In this document: positions 1 through 7,469 of the stretch, one piece after another
Position numbering within the stretch: the first letter of the stretch is position 1
Layout: every line of letters starts with the position of its first letter
NCBI GenBank assembly: GCA_044345405.1
Contig: JBIJBE010000060.1
Span: 1 to 18,344 of the forward strand
Reading direction: 5' to 3'
Source of the DNA: Bdellovibrionota bacterium
Lineage (GTDB): Bacteria; Bdellovibrionota_C; UBA2361; OMII01
DNA: 18,344 nt
The notes under the pieces: model-generated
What the model was told of the DNA's origin: nothing
The model's input: the letters and a program-made list of their open reading frames with translations, nothing else
The model's database searches: none
Position numbers and translations under genes: made by a program

Positions 1-1046
1 ATGACTTCCTTCGCGAGCACGACCGCCACCTCTTCGGAGAATTTGCTACGGCGAGACGCCTCGTCGAGCACCTTCGACGTCGTAGTGTAGATATCGTTCA
101 CCTTCGACGAGATCCATTCAGTATTTTGTCCACGCGCGGCGACCTCAGCGCACACACAGATGACACCGCCCGAGTTGATCACGAAGTCAGGACAATAGAG
201 GATCCCCTTTTCGGTAATCACGGAGTACACGGAACGGTCCGGAAGCTGATTATTCGCCGCTCCAGCGATAATCTTGCACGACAAACGTGGCAGGGTAGAC
301 GCATTGATCGTCTGCCCAACCGCGCATGGAGCGAAGATATCACACGGAACATCGTATATAGCCTCTGTGGAGACAACCTTTGCCCCGTACTTTGACGCGG
401 CCTCTGAAAGATTGCGCTCGTTCGTATCGGTCACGGTAACAGCGGCGCCCGCTTCCGTGAGATGCTGGAGAAGATACATACCGACATGTCCGACACCTTG
501 GATGGTGACCCGCTTACCTGAGAGGGATCGACCGGTATCGAACACTCGCTCGGCCGCGGCCTGCATCGAGAGGAAGACACCTTTCGCGGTCCATGGAGAT
601 GGATCACCGGCGCCTCCAAGCTTTGGGTCAGTGCCAACAACGTGTTTGGTAACCGCCTTCATCACCATCATATCAGCGACGGACGTACCCATATCCTCGG
701 CCGTAATATAACGACCCATGAGGTAGTTCAAACACTCACCAAATTTTTTGAATAACGCTTCGCGTCCCTCTGTCATCGCTGGATCAGCGATGATGCATGC
801 CTTACCACCACCGAGCGGCAAGCCAGCAAGCGCGCTCTTGTAGGTCATCCCCTCTGAGAGACGCATCACGTCCTCAATCGCGGCGGCCTCATTCGGATAG
901 ACGCGCATGCGACACCCACCGAGCGCAGGTCCAAGCACGGTATTATGGATACCAACGATGGCCTTAAGACCGACCTCCGGATAGTTGAAAAAAACTACCT
1001 GTTCGTGGCCGCGAGCTTCACTTTCGGCAAGGACATTTCCAGCCAT
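1..1046 (-). CDS. Glu/Leu/Phe/Val dehydrogenase (leucine dehydrogenase-like); 3' end runs off the left edge
   Basis: Not in the ORF track because there is no stop in the window. Manual translation from ATG at 1046 gives MAGNVLAESEARGHEQVVFF...IHNTVLGPALGGCRM...GMTYKSALAGLPLGGGK...YITAEDMGT...GDPSPWTA...IQGVGHVG...IAGAANNQL...PDFVINSGGVI. These are LeuDH/ValDH/PheDH family motifs. Confidence 0.95.
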   Translation of the reverse strand, partial: MAGNVLAESEARGHEQVVFFNYPEVGLKAIVGIHNTVLGPALGGCRMRVYPNEAAAIEDVMRLSEGMTYKSALAGLPLGGGKACIIADPAMTEGREALFKKFGECLNYLMGRYITAEDMGTSVADMMVMKAVTKHVVGTDPKLGGAGDPSPWTAKGVFLSMQAAAERVFDTGRSLSGKRVTIQGVGHVGMYLLQHLTEAGAAVTVTDTNERNLSEAASKYGAKVVSTEAIYDVPCDIFAPCAVGQTINASTLPRLSCKIIAGAANNQLPDRSVYSVITEKGILYCPDFVINSGGVICVCAEVAARGQNTEWISSKVNDIYTTTSKVLDEASRRSKFSEEVAVVLAKEV

Positions 1047-1085
1047 AGATCTTTACCACGCGTGCTCACCACCTCGAACGAGGGG

Positions 1086-1238
1086 TTATTTGTTGTTGCT
1101 TTGAGGATCGATAGGCGCAGCACCCTTATCGAGGGGGATACCCGCGTAAGGCCGAGGCCGACGGTCACATCCGCTGGTGCTCACGATGACACACGCCATC
1201 ACCACAAGAGCGAGATAAAAAGTGCGAGAAAGTTTCAT
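1086..1238 (-). CDS. Small putative lipoprotein (50 aa)
   Basis: MKLSRTFYLALVVMACVIVSTSGCDRRPRPYAGIPLDKGAAPIDPQSNNK*. It has a basic N-terminus, a hydrophobic stretch and a lipobox-like TSG-C. An SD-like GAAGGA lies 4 nt before the ATG. It fits the gap between tRNA-Leu and the dehydrogenase on the same strand. Confidence 0.72.
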   Translation of the reverse strand: MKLSRTFYLALVVMACVIVSTSGCDRRPRPYAGIPLDKGAAPIDPQSNNK

Positions 1239-1372
1239 AAGATCCTTCGACGTAACCAAAAAGTAGGGACTGCGCTACGCGCATCTCGTGGGAGGGGATA
1301 AGCCGCTCACCACGAATCGTCACTCCCTTAACTCTATCCCATTCCAACCGAGCGGGGGAATATATTAAGGAA

Positions 1373-1456
1373 TGCCCTGGAGAGGACTTGAACCTCCACA
1401 CCCTTACGGACACATGACCCTGAATCATGCCTGTCTACCAATTCCAGCACCAGGGC
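1373..1456 (-). tRNA. tRNA-Leu (anticodon CAG), CCA not encoded
   Basis: Reverse complement GCCCTGG...CCAGGGC-A. D-loop GGAATTGGTAGAC, anticodon arm CATGA-TTCAGGG-TCATG, long variable arm, T-arm GGAGG-TTCAAGT-CCTCT. Confidence 0.97.
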
Positions 1457-1603
1457 TAACTAGTGACTAGAGCTCATCTTTCTAGCATACCGATCAGGGA
1501 ATGGAAACAAGAGAGGTGGAGCTAACACGCTAGAGTAATTAGGTAGTTACCTCCCTGCAAACCCCTCCTGATCACCTGTCAGCCCCTTCTCTACGAGGAA
1601 CCC

Positions 1604-1710
1604 CGTGCACGTGAACGTGCTCGTAAACGTGAACGTACCGAGAACAGAAACCTGTCCTCCCCGGAATAGCGGCAATCGGAAATCCTCGGTCGGGTACGTG
1701 CACGTTCACA
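1604..1710. repeat. Inverted pair of degenerate hexamer (CGTRMN) tandem repeats
   Basis: Left arm 1604-1639: cgtgca cgtgaa cgtgct cgtaaa cgtgaa cgtacc. Right arm 1693-1710 on the minus strand: tgtgaa cgtgca cgtacc. Both arms end inward in CGTACC, with CCGAG nearby. Confidence 0.75.
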
Positions 1711-1780
1711 TTGCCTCCCGGCAGCCTGGTTGATTAGAGAAACCTATGAGGAAACGACCATCGGGGACTGAAGCCTCCGA

Positions 1781-3298
1781 CTACCCGAAAACCACCCCTT
1801 GAGCGAGAGGGGCATCGTCTCCGTAATTGATCGTGGTCGTCTGACGACGCATATACTGTTTCCACGAATCAGATCCCGACTCGCGACCACCACCGGTATC
1901 TTTCTCCCCACCAAAGGCGCCGCCGATCTCAGCGCCGGACGTTCCGATATTCACATTCGCGATACCACAATCACTGCCAGCCGATGAGAGAAACCGCTCA
2001 GCGGTCTTGAGATTGCGAGTAAAGATCGCGGAGCTCAACCCCTGCGGAACTCCGTTGTTAAGCGCGATAGCCTCTTCGACCGTTGTAAAGGGAACCACAT
2101 ACAGAATCGGCGCGAACGTTTCCTCCGCGACCAACTCCATCTGAGCGTGAGCCTTGACGATCGTTGGCTCAACGTACAGAGAGGACGCGAGTCCAGACAC
2201 CACCTTACCTCCATAGAGGATAGAGCCACCCTCCTTTGGCACGCGCGCTATCGCGGCCTTGTAAGCTTCAACAGCGCCTTGCGATACGAGCGGCCCCATT
2301 AAGACGCCCTTTTCCAAAGGATTACCGATCCGAATCTGCTTGTACGCTCCGATCATCTTCTCCACGAAGGTGTCGTAAATCTTCTCATGAACGAGCGCTC
2401 GACGAATCGTGGTGCATCGTTGTCCCGCTGTACCGACGGCGCCGAACACAACACCGGGCATCACAAGATCCATATCGGCGTCATCCAATACGATGACAGC
2501 ATTGTTTCCACCAAGCTCGAGGATACTTCTTCCGAGGCGGTCTCCTACTGCCTTGGCTACATCCCGTCCCATCCGGCAAGAACCGGTAGCGGACACGCAC
2601 GGAATACGACGGTCCGACGCGATACGCTTCCCTAGCTCAGGACCGTTACCAACAACGAGAGAGAACACACCTTCGAAACCACGCTCCTTCGCGACATCGC
2701 GGCATATCGAATTGATCGCCACCGCGGTCAGAGGGGTAAGCTCGGATGGCTTCCAAACTACTGTGTCACCGCACACCGCGGCTATCATGGAATTCCATGC
2801 CCATACCGCCGCTGGAAAGTTAAACGCGGTAATAACACCGATCACGCCGAGCGGATGCCACTGTTCATACATCCGGTGATTGCGACGCTCTGAGTGCATC
2901 GATTTTCCATAGAGCTGGCGCGAGAGTCCGACGGCGAAATCAGCGATATCGATGGCCTCCTGAACCTCCCCCTCTCCCTCCGCTACGATCTTTCCCATCT
3001 CTAATGAGACGAGCTTACCAAGAGCCTGTTTCGAATCCCGCAACGCGTTGCCTATCTTCCGTACGAGCTCTCCTCGCTCGGGCGCGGGAACCTTTCGCCA
3101 CTCAAGGAACACCTCCTGCGCGTCCCTGACGACCTGGTCGTACGCGACGTCATCGGCACACACAACTCGACCGAGTTCCGCGCCGTCGATAGGCGATGTA
3201 CTCACGAGAGTTCCACCGCTTGAGTTCGTCAGTACTCTCTTACCAAAAGCACCTGGATTAGTAGCCTCAAGACCTAACGAGGATAGAAGATCGCGCAT
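1781..3298 (-). CDS. Aldehyde dehydrogenase family 7 (alpha-aminoadipic semialdehyde / piperideine-6-carboxylate dehydrogenase-like)
   Basis: GVITAFNFP, WKPSE, TGS, catalytic Glu in LELGGN, catalytic Cys in GTAGQRCT, EETFAP, SDCGIANVNIGTSGAEIGGAFGGEK and the C-terminal PLAQG typical of ALDH7. Confidence 0.95.
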   Translation of the reverse strand: MRDLLSSLGLEATNPGAFGKRVLTNSSGGTLVSTSPIDGAELGRVVCADDVAYDQVVRDAQEVFLEWRKVPAPERGELVRKIGNALRDSKQALGKLVSLEMGKIVAEGEGEVQEAIDIADFAVGLSRQLYGKSMHSERRNHRMYEQWHPLGVIGVITAFNFPAAVWAWNSMIAAVCGDTVVWKPSELTPLTAVAINSICRDVAKERGFEGVFSLVVGNGPELGKRIASDRRIPCVSATGSCRMGRDVAKAVGDRLGRSILELGGNNAVIVLDDADMDLVMPGVVFGAVGTAGQRCTTIRRALVHEKIYDTFVEKMIGAYKQIRIGNPLEKGVLMGPLVSQGAVEAYKAAIARVPKEGGSILYGGKVVSGLASSLYVEPTIVKAHAQMELVAEETFAPILYVVPFTTVEEAIALNNGVPQGLSSAIFTRNLKTAERFLSSAGSDCGIANVNIGTSGAEIGGAFGGEKDTGGGRESGSDSWKQYMRRQTTTINYGDDAPLAQGVVFG

Positions 3299-3439
3299 AG
3301 TTCACCGTGATTGTAGGAAGGACAGGAAACTCGTGTTCTCCACATAGAATATCACCGGGATGCCCCGTCTACGAGGCCAAAAAACGCCAGAGAGAACAGG
3401 AGACTAGTTTACCTACGGAGCTGCGCAACGTTACGAAGC

Positions 3440-3949
3440 TCAGTCTGGCCAAACGCGCAGCACGAGGTCTGCGAGCTCGATCGGCCCACCCACTTTATCA
3501 GCTTCGGCCTCCCACTCCTGAGGTCGTGGCACCATACCTTGAGGTGGCTTACCACCCCACAGAGAGATCTTTACCGCGAAAAGGACCACTCCTTTCTTTA
3601 CCGTCACCGGATACACCTGCTGAGCTGCCGATGTGATGGACATCGCGGCATCATGAGTAAGGGGAGGCGCGACATCTAACCACACTCGAGAACGCCCATC
3701 GGGTTTCACCGCCACCACCAAGAAGCCACCGGCTGGTGTTGACTTTGGCACCTTCGCCACAGCGCCATCGACAGCGTCGACGAGCTGCTTCACGTACACC
3801 TCGAATGCCCCCATCCCCGGAACCCGTTCGAAGAAAACCTTTTCCGTTTGCAACATGGTAATGCCGCGCTGTTCGAACGGCCGCTCGGCATAACACACCG
3901 ACACGGTCACACAGAGGAGAAATGAAATAATAAACACTCGAAACGACAT
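3440..3949 (-). CDS. Hypothetical exported protein (169 aa)
   Basis: N-terminal signal peptide (MSFRVFIISFLLCVTVSVCYA) followed by a globular-looking sequence. No family recognised. Confidence 0.75.
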   Translation of the reverse strand: MSFRVFIISFLLCVTVSVCYAERPFEQRGITMLQTEKVFFERVPGMGAFEVYVKQLVDAVDGAVAKVPKSTPAGGFLVVAVKPDGRSRVWLDVAPPLTHDAAMSITSAAQQVYPVTVKKGVVLFAVKISLWGGKPPQGMVPRPQEWEAEADKVGGPIELADLVLRVWPD

Positions 3950-4343
3950 GGCCCTACGCTACGGCATGGCGCCCCCATCACTCAACCGGTTTCCTTGTCG
4001 TTACGGCTCTCAAAAGCACACAAAGGGGAACTTCGGCCTCACGAAACGAACGATTGCGATCTACAGGGTTCAGAATTCTTCCTTTTCGGTAGGGTTTGTT
4101 TTGACTTCATCCCCGTCTTCAGGAACTATGATCACGTGAACGCACGTATGCCTACCATTTCAACGAACCTTCGCGCCAAACCGTGGCGCTCGGCATACTC
4201 ACGCTCGATGAAGCCCCATGCCATGCGCCTACATCTAGGCAGCCGCTGTCGCGCGTAGCGCGAATCATTGTTCCGGTCGCGTCGCGACCTCCCCACACAC
4301 TTAGTACGTACGATGAGATCCCTTCTTGGGAATGTTCACCACC

Positions 4344-5219
4344 ATGGAAGCTTCAATTTACAATCAATTCTCAGAGAACACCCTCGAGGGGCCTATCTTT
4401 TCACGGGGCACCTACCTTACCCTGCTCTCGGCATACCGAAAATTACCGTTCGTAACCGTTGAGAAGATAGCCGGCATTCGCTCGGCGGAGTTCGGAGAAC
4501 TCCCGGTCTCCTTTATTCGCTACGTTCCACCAATGCGCTCGACCTCGCGGCGACAAAAGCTTTTGATCATCGCGGGAATTCACGGCGATGAGCCCGCCGG
4601 GGTGTTGGCGTTATACCGATACATGCTGAGCGTCGCGCTTCGCGAGCTTCAGATAGAGGTATACGCCTTTCCGTGTGTTAATCCCGCGGGACTACTGCGC
4701 AACACTCGAGAGAGCTCTGGACACTTCGATCTCAATCGACAGATGAATCGCGATTCGATCGCGCCTGAGGTGCGGGCTTTAGTCGCGACGCTTGATAAAC
4801 TGAACATCTCTTTCGACTTGGTATTTGACTTACATGAGGACAATCCGGCGGTGGCGTGTGATTTTAGTTTAGACGGCTCACAAGCCGACGCGTACTACCT
4901 GTACGAGAGCAACTTCGATCCGTTCCGCGCTTCAATTGGGGCAGAGATCGCTCGCGCGGTCACTCAAGCGGGAATCCCAGTATCCTCACAGCGACAGATT
5001 TACGGAGAGCGCGCTATCAACGGGGTCATTCAAAGAGGCATCGAACGGAATCAACTTTTCGATTTCGAGCGTTTCGTTACGATGAATTACACGAATCACA
5101 TCATCACATCTGAGACGCTCCTTTCCTCCCCTGTGGAGGAGCGAATACGAGCGCATACAGTAGCGCTCGAGTCAGGGGTGGCGGCTCTGGGAAGGCTAGG
5201 TGGTTTCAGCGATCGTTAG
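4344..5219 (+). CDS. M14-type zinc carboxypeptidase / succinylglutamate desuccinylase-aspartoacylase family protein
   Basis: AGIHGDEPAG (HxxE zinc motif), PCVNPAG, DLNR, DLHED (third His) and C-terminal TSET. The start is uncertain (4326 TTG, 4332 or 4344 ATG). Its stop overlaps the convergent gene's stop at 5216-5219. Confidence 0.85.
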   Translation: MEASIYNQFSENTLEGPIFSRGTYLTLLSAYRKLPFVTVEKIAGIRSAEFGELPVSFIRYVPPMRSTSRRQKLLIIAGIHGDEPAGVLALYRYMLSVALRELQIEVYAFPCVNPAGLLRNTRESSGHFDLNRQMNRDSIAPEVRALVATLDKLNISFDLVFDLHEDNPAVACDFSLDGSQADAYYLYESNFDPFRASIGAEIARAVTQAGIPVSSQRQIYGERAINGVIQRGIERNQLFDFERFVTMNYTNHIITSETLLSSPVEERIRAHTVALESGVAALGRLGGFSDR

Positions 5220-6688
5220 TGAGACAAAGAGCCCCGCGTATCCCGTCGAGCGAAGAGCTGTTCGACATTCCCATCAACCTCGAGGCTCCACGAGGGATCC
5301 GCGTTGAGGGCGATTGCGAGAGGCCCTCCCTTACGCACGAGGAGATAAGCGACGTTTAAACGCTCGACCTCCTCATGCCACCCTTTCGCTCCATTGAATA
5401 TCTGATAGTTCAGATCCATCGTGGCGTCGCCGTGAACATCAGCGCGACCATCCACACCGATCCTCCACATTGGATACAAATGATAGAGGAGGTACCCACC
5501 CCAATCGTACTCGTTGAGCAATACGCCCGGCGGAATGCCCTCTAGCATCTGGCGCACAGCACTACTCGGCAGGTTTCGTTCCGCGGCCTTACTACCGAGC
5601 TGAAGGGGCATATCTGTGGCGGATCTCCAAGTAAGCCTGAGCCCTGTTACCAACGGGATAACGACAACCAAGGCCATCCCCACGATCCGCAGATCGAACC
5701 CAGCTAACCATCGTCGCACCCATGGAAATTCGTGTAGAACCCGAGCGCATACTATCGGAGTAACAACGATCGCAAAGAGCGGTATGTGACGATTTGATAG
5801 GAGCCCCATCGCAGTGAAAAGAACGGCCCACACAACATCAATAGAATTTGAAGGTTTTTGGAGTACACCTACGACAGCCATGGCAAGCACAATCGCCAGC
5901 ATGACGACGGTGGTCGAATCATGAAAGTTAGGGCTCTGCCATTCTAGGATGTAGCGCAAGGAAGCGCTGCCGAGGTTGGCGTATTGAAAAGGATAGAGCA
6001 AAACGCTCGCGCCGTGGGGCGTCACGAGGCTCACCAGCGTACAAACCACAGTGAGAATACCGAGCTTGCGAACGAGCGATCGCTCACATGAAAACCATGC
6101 GACACCGCATGTCAGCCAGAGCAGCGCGATGCCGAGGATATATCCCCCGTGCGCGTTGGCCCATAACCAGAACAACACCGGCAACCCCGACATCCATCGA
6201 CTCCACCCTTCACGGGTGACGCGGGTGAGCGCCCACACCACAAGACTGGTGCCGACGGCCGTGAATATCTGCGGTCGAACACCGGCGCCAAGAAGGGTCA
6301 ACCGTGTGGCGAGCGCCGACGCTATCACGGCGGGAAGAGCGTCCAGTCCACGAATCCGACAGGTTCGATAGACCACGCACATTGACAGCGCGGCCAACAT
6401 TCCCCAAATAACCGTTAACCCTGCATATCCAAAAAGGCGATAGATTGAGGCGAACACAAACTCACTCAACCACTCGTGCGCAACCATTGGCCTCCCGAAT
6501 GAGAGAGAAGAGAAGATATCGGAACGGGGGATCGCTCCCGTATCGAGAATGATCTCTCCCATCTTGAGATGCCACCAAAAATCGGGATCGGTCGGCAAAA
6601 AAAGATAGACACCCATCACCCACAGAATGAGTGGAGCCAACAGAAGCACTACGTTGCCATGAGGAGCCGGGGACGTGTCGTTTACCAT
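5216..6688 (-). CDS. Polytopic membrane protein, GT-C-like glycosyltransferase candidate
   Basis: About 10-12 hydrophobic segments with DPDFWWHL, HEWL, RPQ, LWANAHGGY, EWQSP, YDWGGYL and DGRAD motifs. I place the start at ATG 6688 (MVNDT); the track's extension to 6850 reads into the repeat array. Confidence 0.8.
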   Translation of the reverse strand: MVNDTSPAPHGNVVLLLAPLILWVMGVYLFLPTDPDFWWHLKMGEIILDTGAIPRSDIFSSLSFGRPMVAHEWLSEFVFASIYRLFGYAGLTVIWGMLAALSMCVVYRTCRIRGLDALPAVIASALATRLTLLGAGVRPQIFTAVGTSLVVWALTRVTREGWSRWMSGLPVLFWLWANAHGGYILGIALLWLTCGVAWFSCERSLVRKLGILTVVCTLVSLVTPHGASVLLYPFQYANLGSASLRYILEWQSPNFHDSTTVVMLAIVLAMAVVGVLQKPSNSIDVVWAVLFTAMGLLSNRHIPLFAIVVTPIVCARVLHEFPWVRRWLAGFDLRIVGMALVVVIPLVTGLRLTWRSATDMPLQLGSKAAERNLPSSAVRQMLEGIPPGVLLNEYDWGGYLLYHLYPMWRIGVDGRADVHGDATMDLNYQIFNGAKGWHEEVERLNVAYLLVRKGGPLAIALNADPSWSLEVDGNVEQLFARRDTRGSLSH

Positions 6689-6756
6689 GGGGCCGCCAAG
6701 CCTTAAAAAGCGGATGCACGTATACATATCAGTCAAGCGACTCCTGAGCGAGTTAT

Positions 6757-7116
6757 GAATCTTGGGGAACCCAAGTTCGCAAAGGAAATAACTGGCGTGA
6801 ATAAATAGTCCGATCTCCGGCAGCAAGCCGGGGGGGGTGCAGGGGGGCAAAGCCCCATCCTGCCCGTCTTGCGAATCTTGGGGAACCCAAGTTCACAAAG
6901 GAAATGCCTGCTGTGAAGGAAATAGTCCGAAATCCGGAAGGGGGTGCAGGGGGGCAAAGCCCCATCCTGCCCGTCTTGCGAATCTTGGGGAACCCAAGTT
7001 CACAAAGGAAATGCCTGCTGTGAAGGAATAGTCCGAAATCCGGAAGGGGGTGCAGGGGGGCGAAGCCCCATCCTGCCCGTCTTGCGAATCTTGGGGAACC
7101 CAAGTTCGCAAAGGAA
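6757..7116. repeat. Tandem array of ~107-bp hairpin-rich units (3 units plus a partial) next to the tRNA-Gly 3' end
   Basis: GAATCTTGGGGAACCCAAGTTCRCAAAGGAA starts at 6757, 6873, 6980 and 7086 (periods 116, 107, 106). Each full unit also has GGGGGTGCAGGGGGGCRAAGCCCCATCCTGCCCGTCTTGC. Confidence 0.95.
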
Positions 7117-7121
7117 CAAAA

Positions 7122-7198
7122 TGGAGCGGGAGACGAGATTCGAACCCGCGACCCTCAGCTTGGAAGGCTGATGCTCTAGCCGACTGAGCTACTCCCGC
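7122..7198 (-). tRNA. tRNA-Gly (anticodon TCC), CCA encoded
   Basis: Reverse complement GCGGGAG TAGCTCAGTCGGCTAGAGC A TCAGC-CTTCCAA-GCTGA GGGTC GCGGG-TTCGAAT-CTCGT CTCCCGC TCCA. Confidence 0.97.
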
Positions 7199-7387
7199 TC
7201 AACTAAACCCTCTTGGCTCAACCAAACTCAAGGATTCAATTCAACGAAGTTGCGTCGGTGACGTCGCAGGACCCGGATTGAACAACAAATCAGGATAAAT
7301 TGCAATCACTTCGCTCCAACTCTCTCTATGGACTGAGCGTTATCACCCTAAAAAATGGATAAGGATTTCAAATATTTCCTTTTCTTA

Positions 7388-7414
7388 CCAAGAAACCTCT
7401 CACTTTACCGATAA
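7388..7414 (+). promoter_or_regulatory. Possible sigma28 (FliA)-type promoter
   Basis: CCAAGAAA-N11-ACCGATAA compared with the consensus TAAAGTTT-N11-GCCGATAA. Spacing is correct and the -10 matches 7/8, but the -35 is weak. Confidence 0.3.
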
Positions 7415-7469
7415 GACCCTAGGGAGAAACGAGGGGCGCCCCAACATTTTATTGATCTCGCCAAAACGG

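Noticed and set aside
126-1428. Track ORFs 126..395, 274..711, 431..640, 945..1301 and 1165..1428
   Set aside because: They are shadows or alternate frames of the dehydrogenase, the small lipoprotein and tRNA-Leu.
3995-4258. Small peptide upstream of the M14 hydrolase as a RiPP-like precursor
   Set aside because: No SD, no precursor-like composition and no modifying enzymes nearby.
6757-7116. CRISPR array (31-bp palindromic repeat occurring four times)
   Set aside because: The intervening sequences are 75-85 bp and nearly identical to each other rather than unique spacers. No cas genes are present.
3440-7116. Genomic island integrated at tRNA-Gly
   Set aside because: No integrase, no duplicated tRNA 3' end and no mobility gene were found. 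Kept only as a weak scar hypothesis.
6689-7171. ORFs across the repeat array and the N-terminal extension of the 5216..6850 ORF
   Set aside because: These are frame-rotating translations of a repeat whose period is not a multiple of 3. One also runs antisense into tRNA-Gly.
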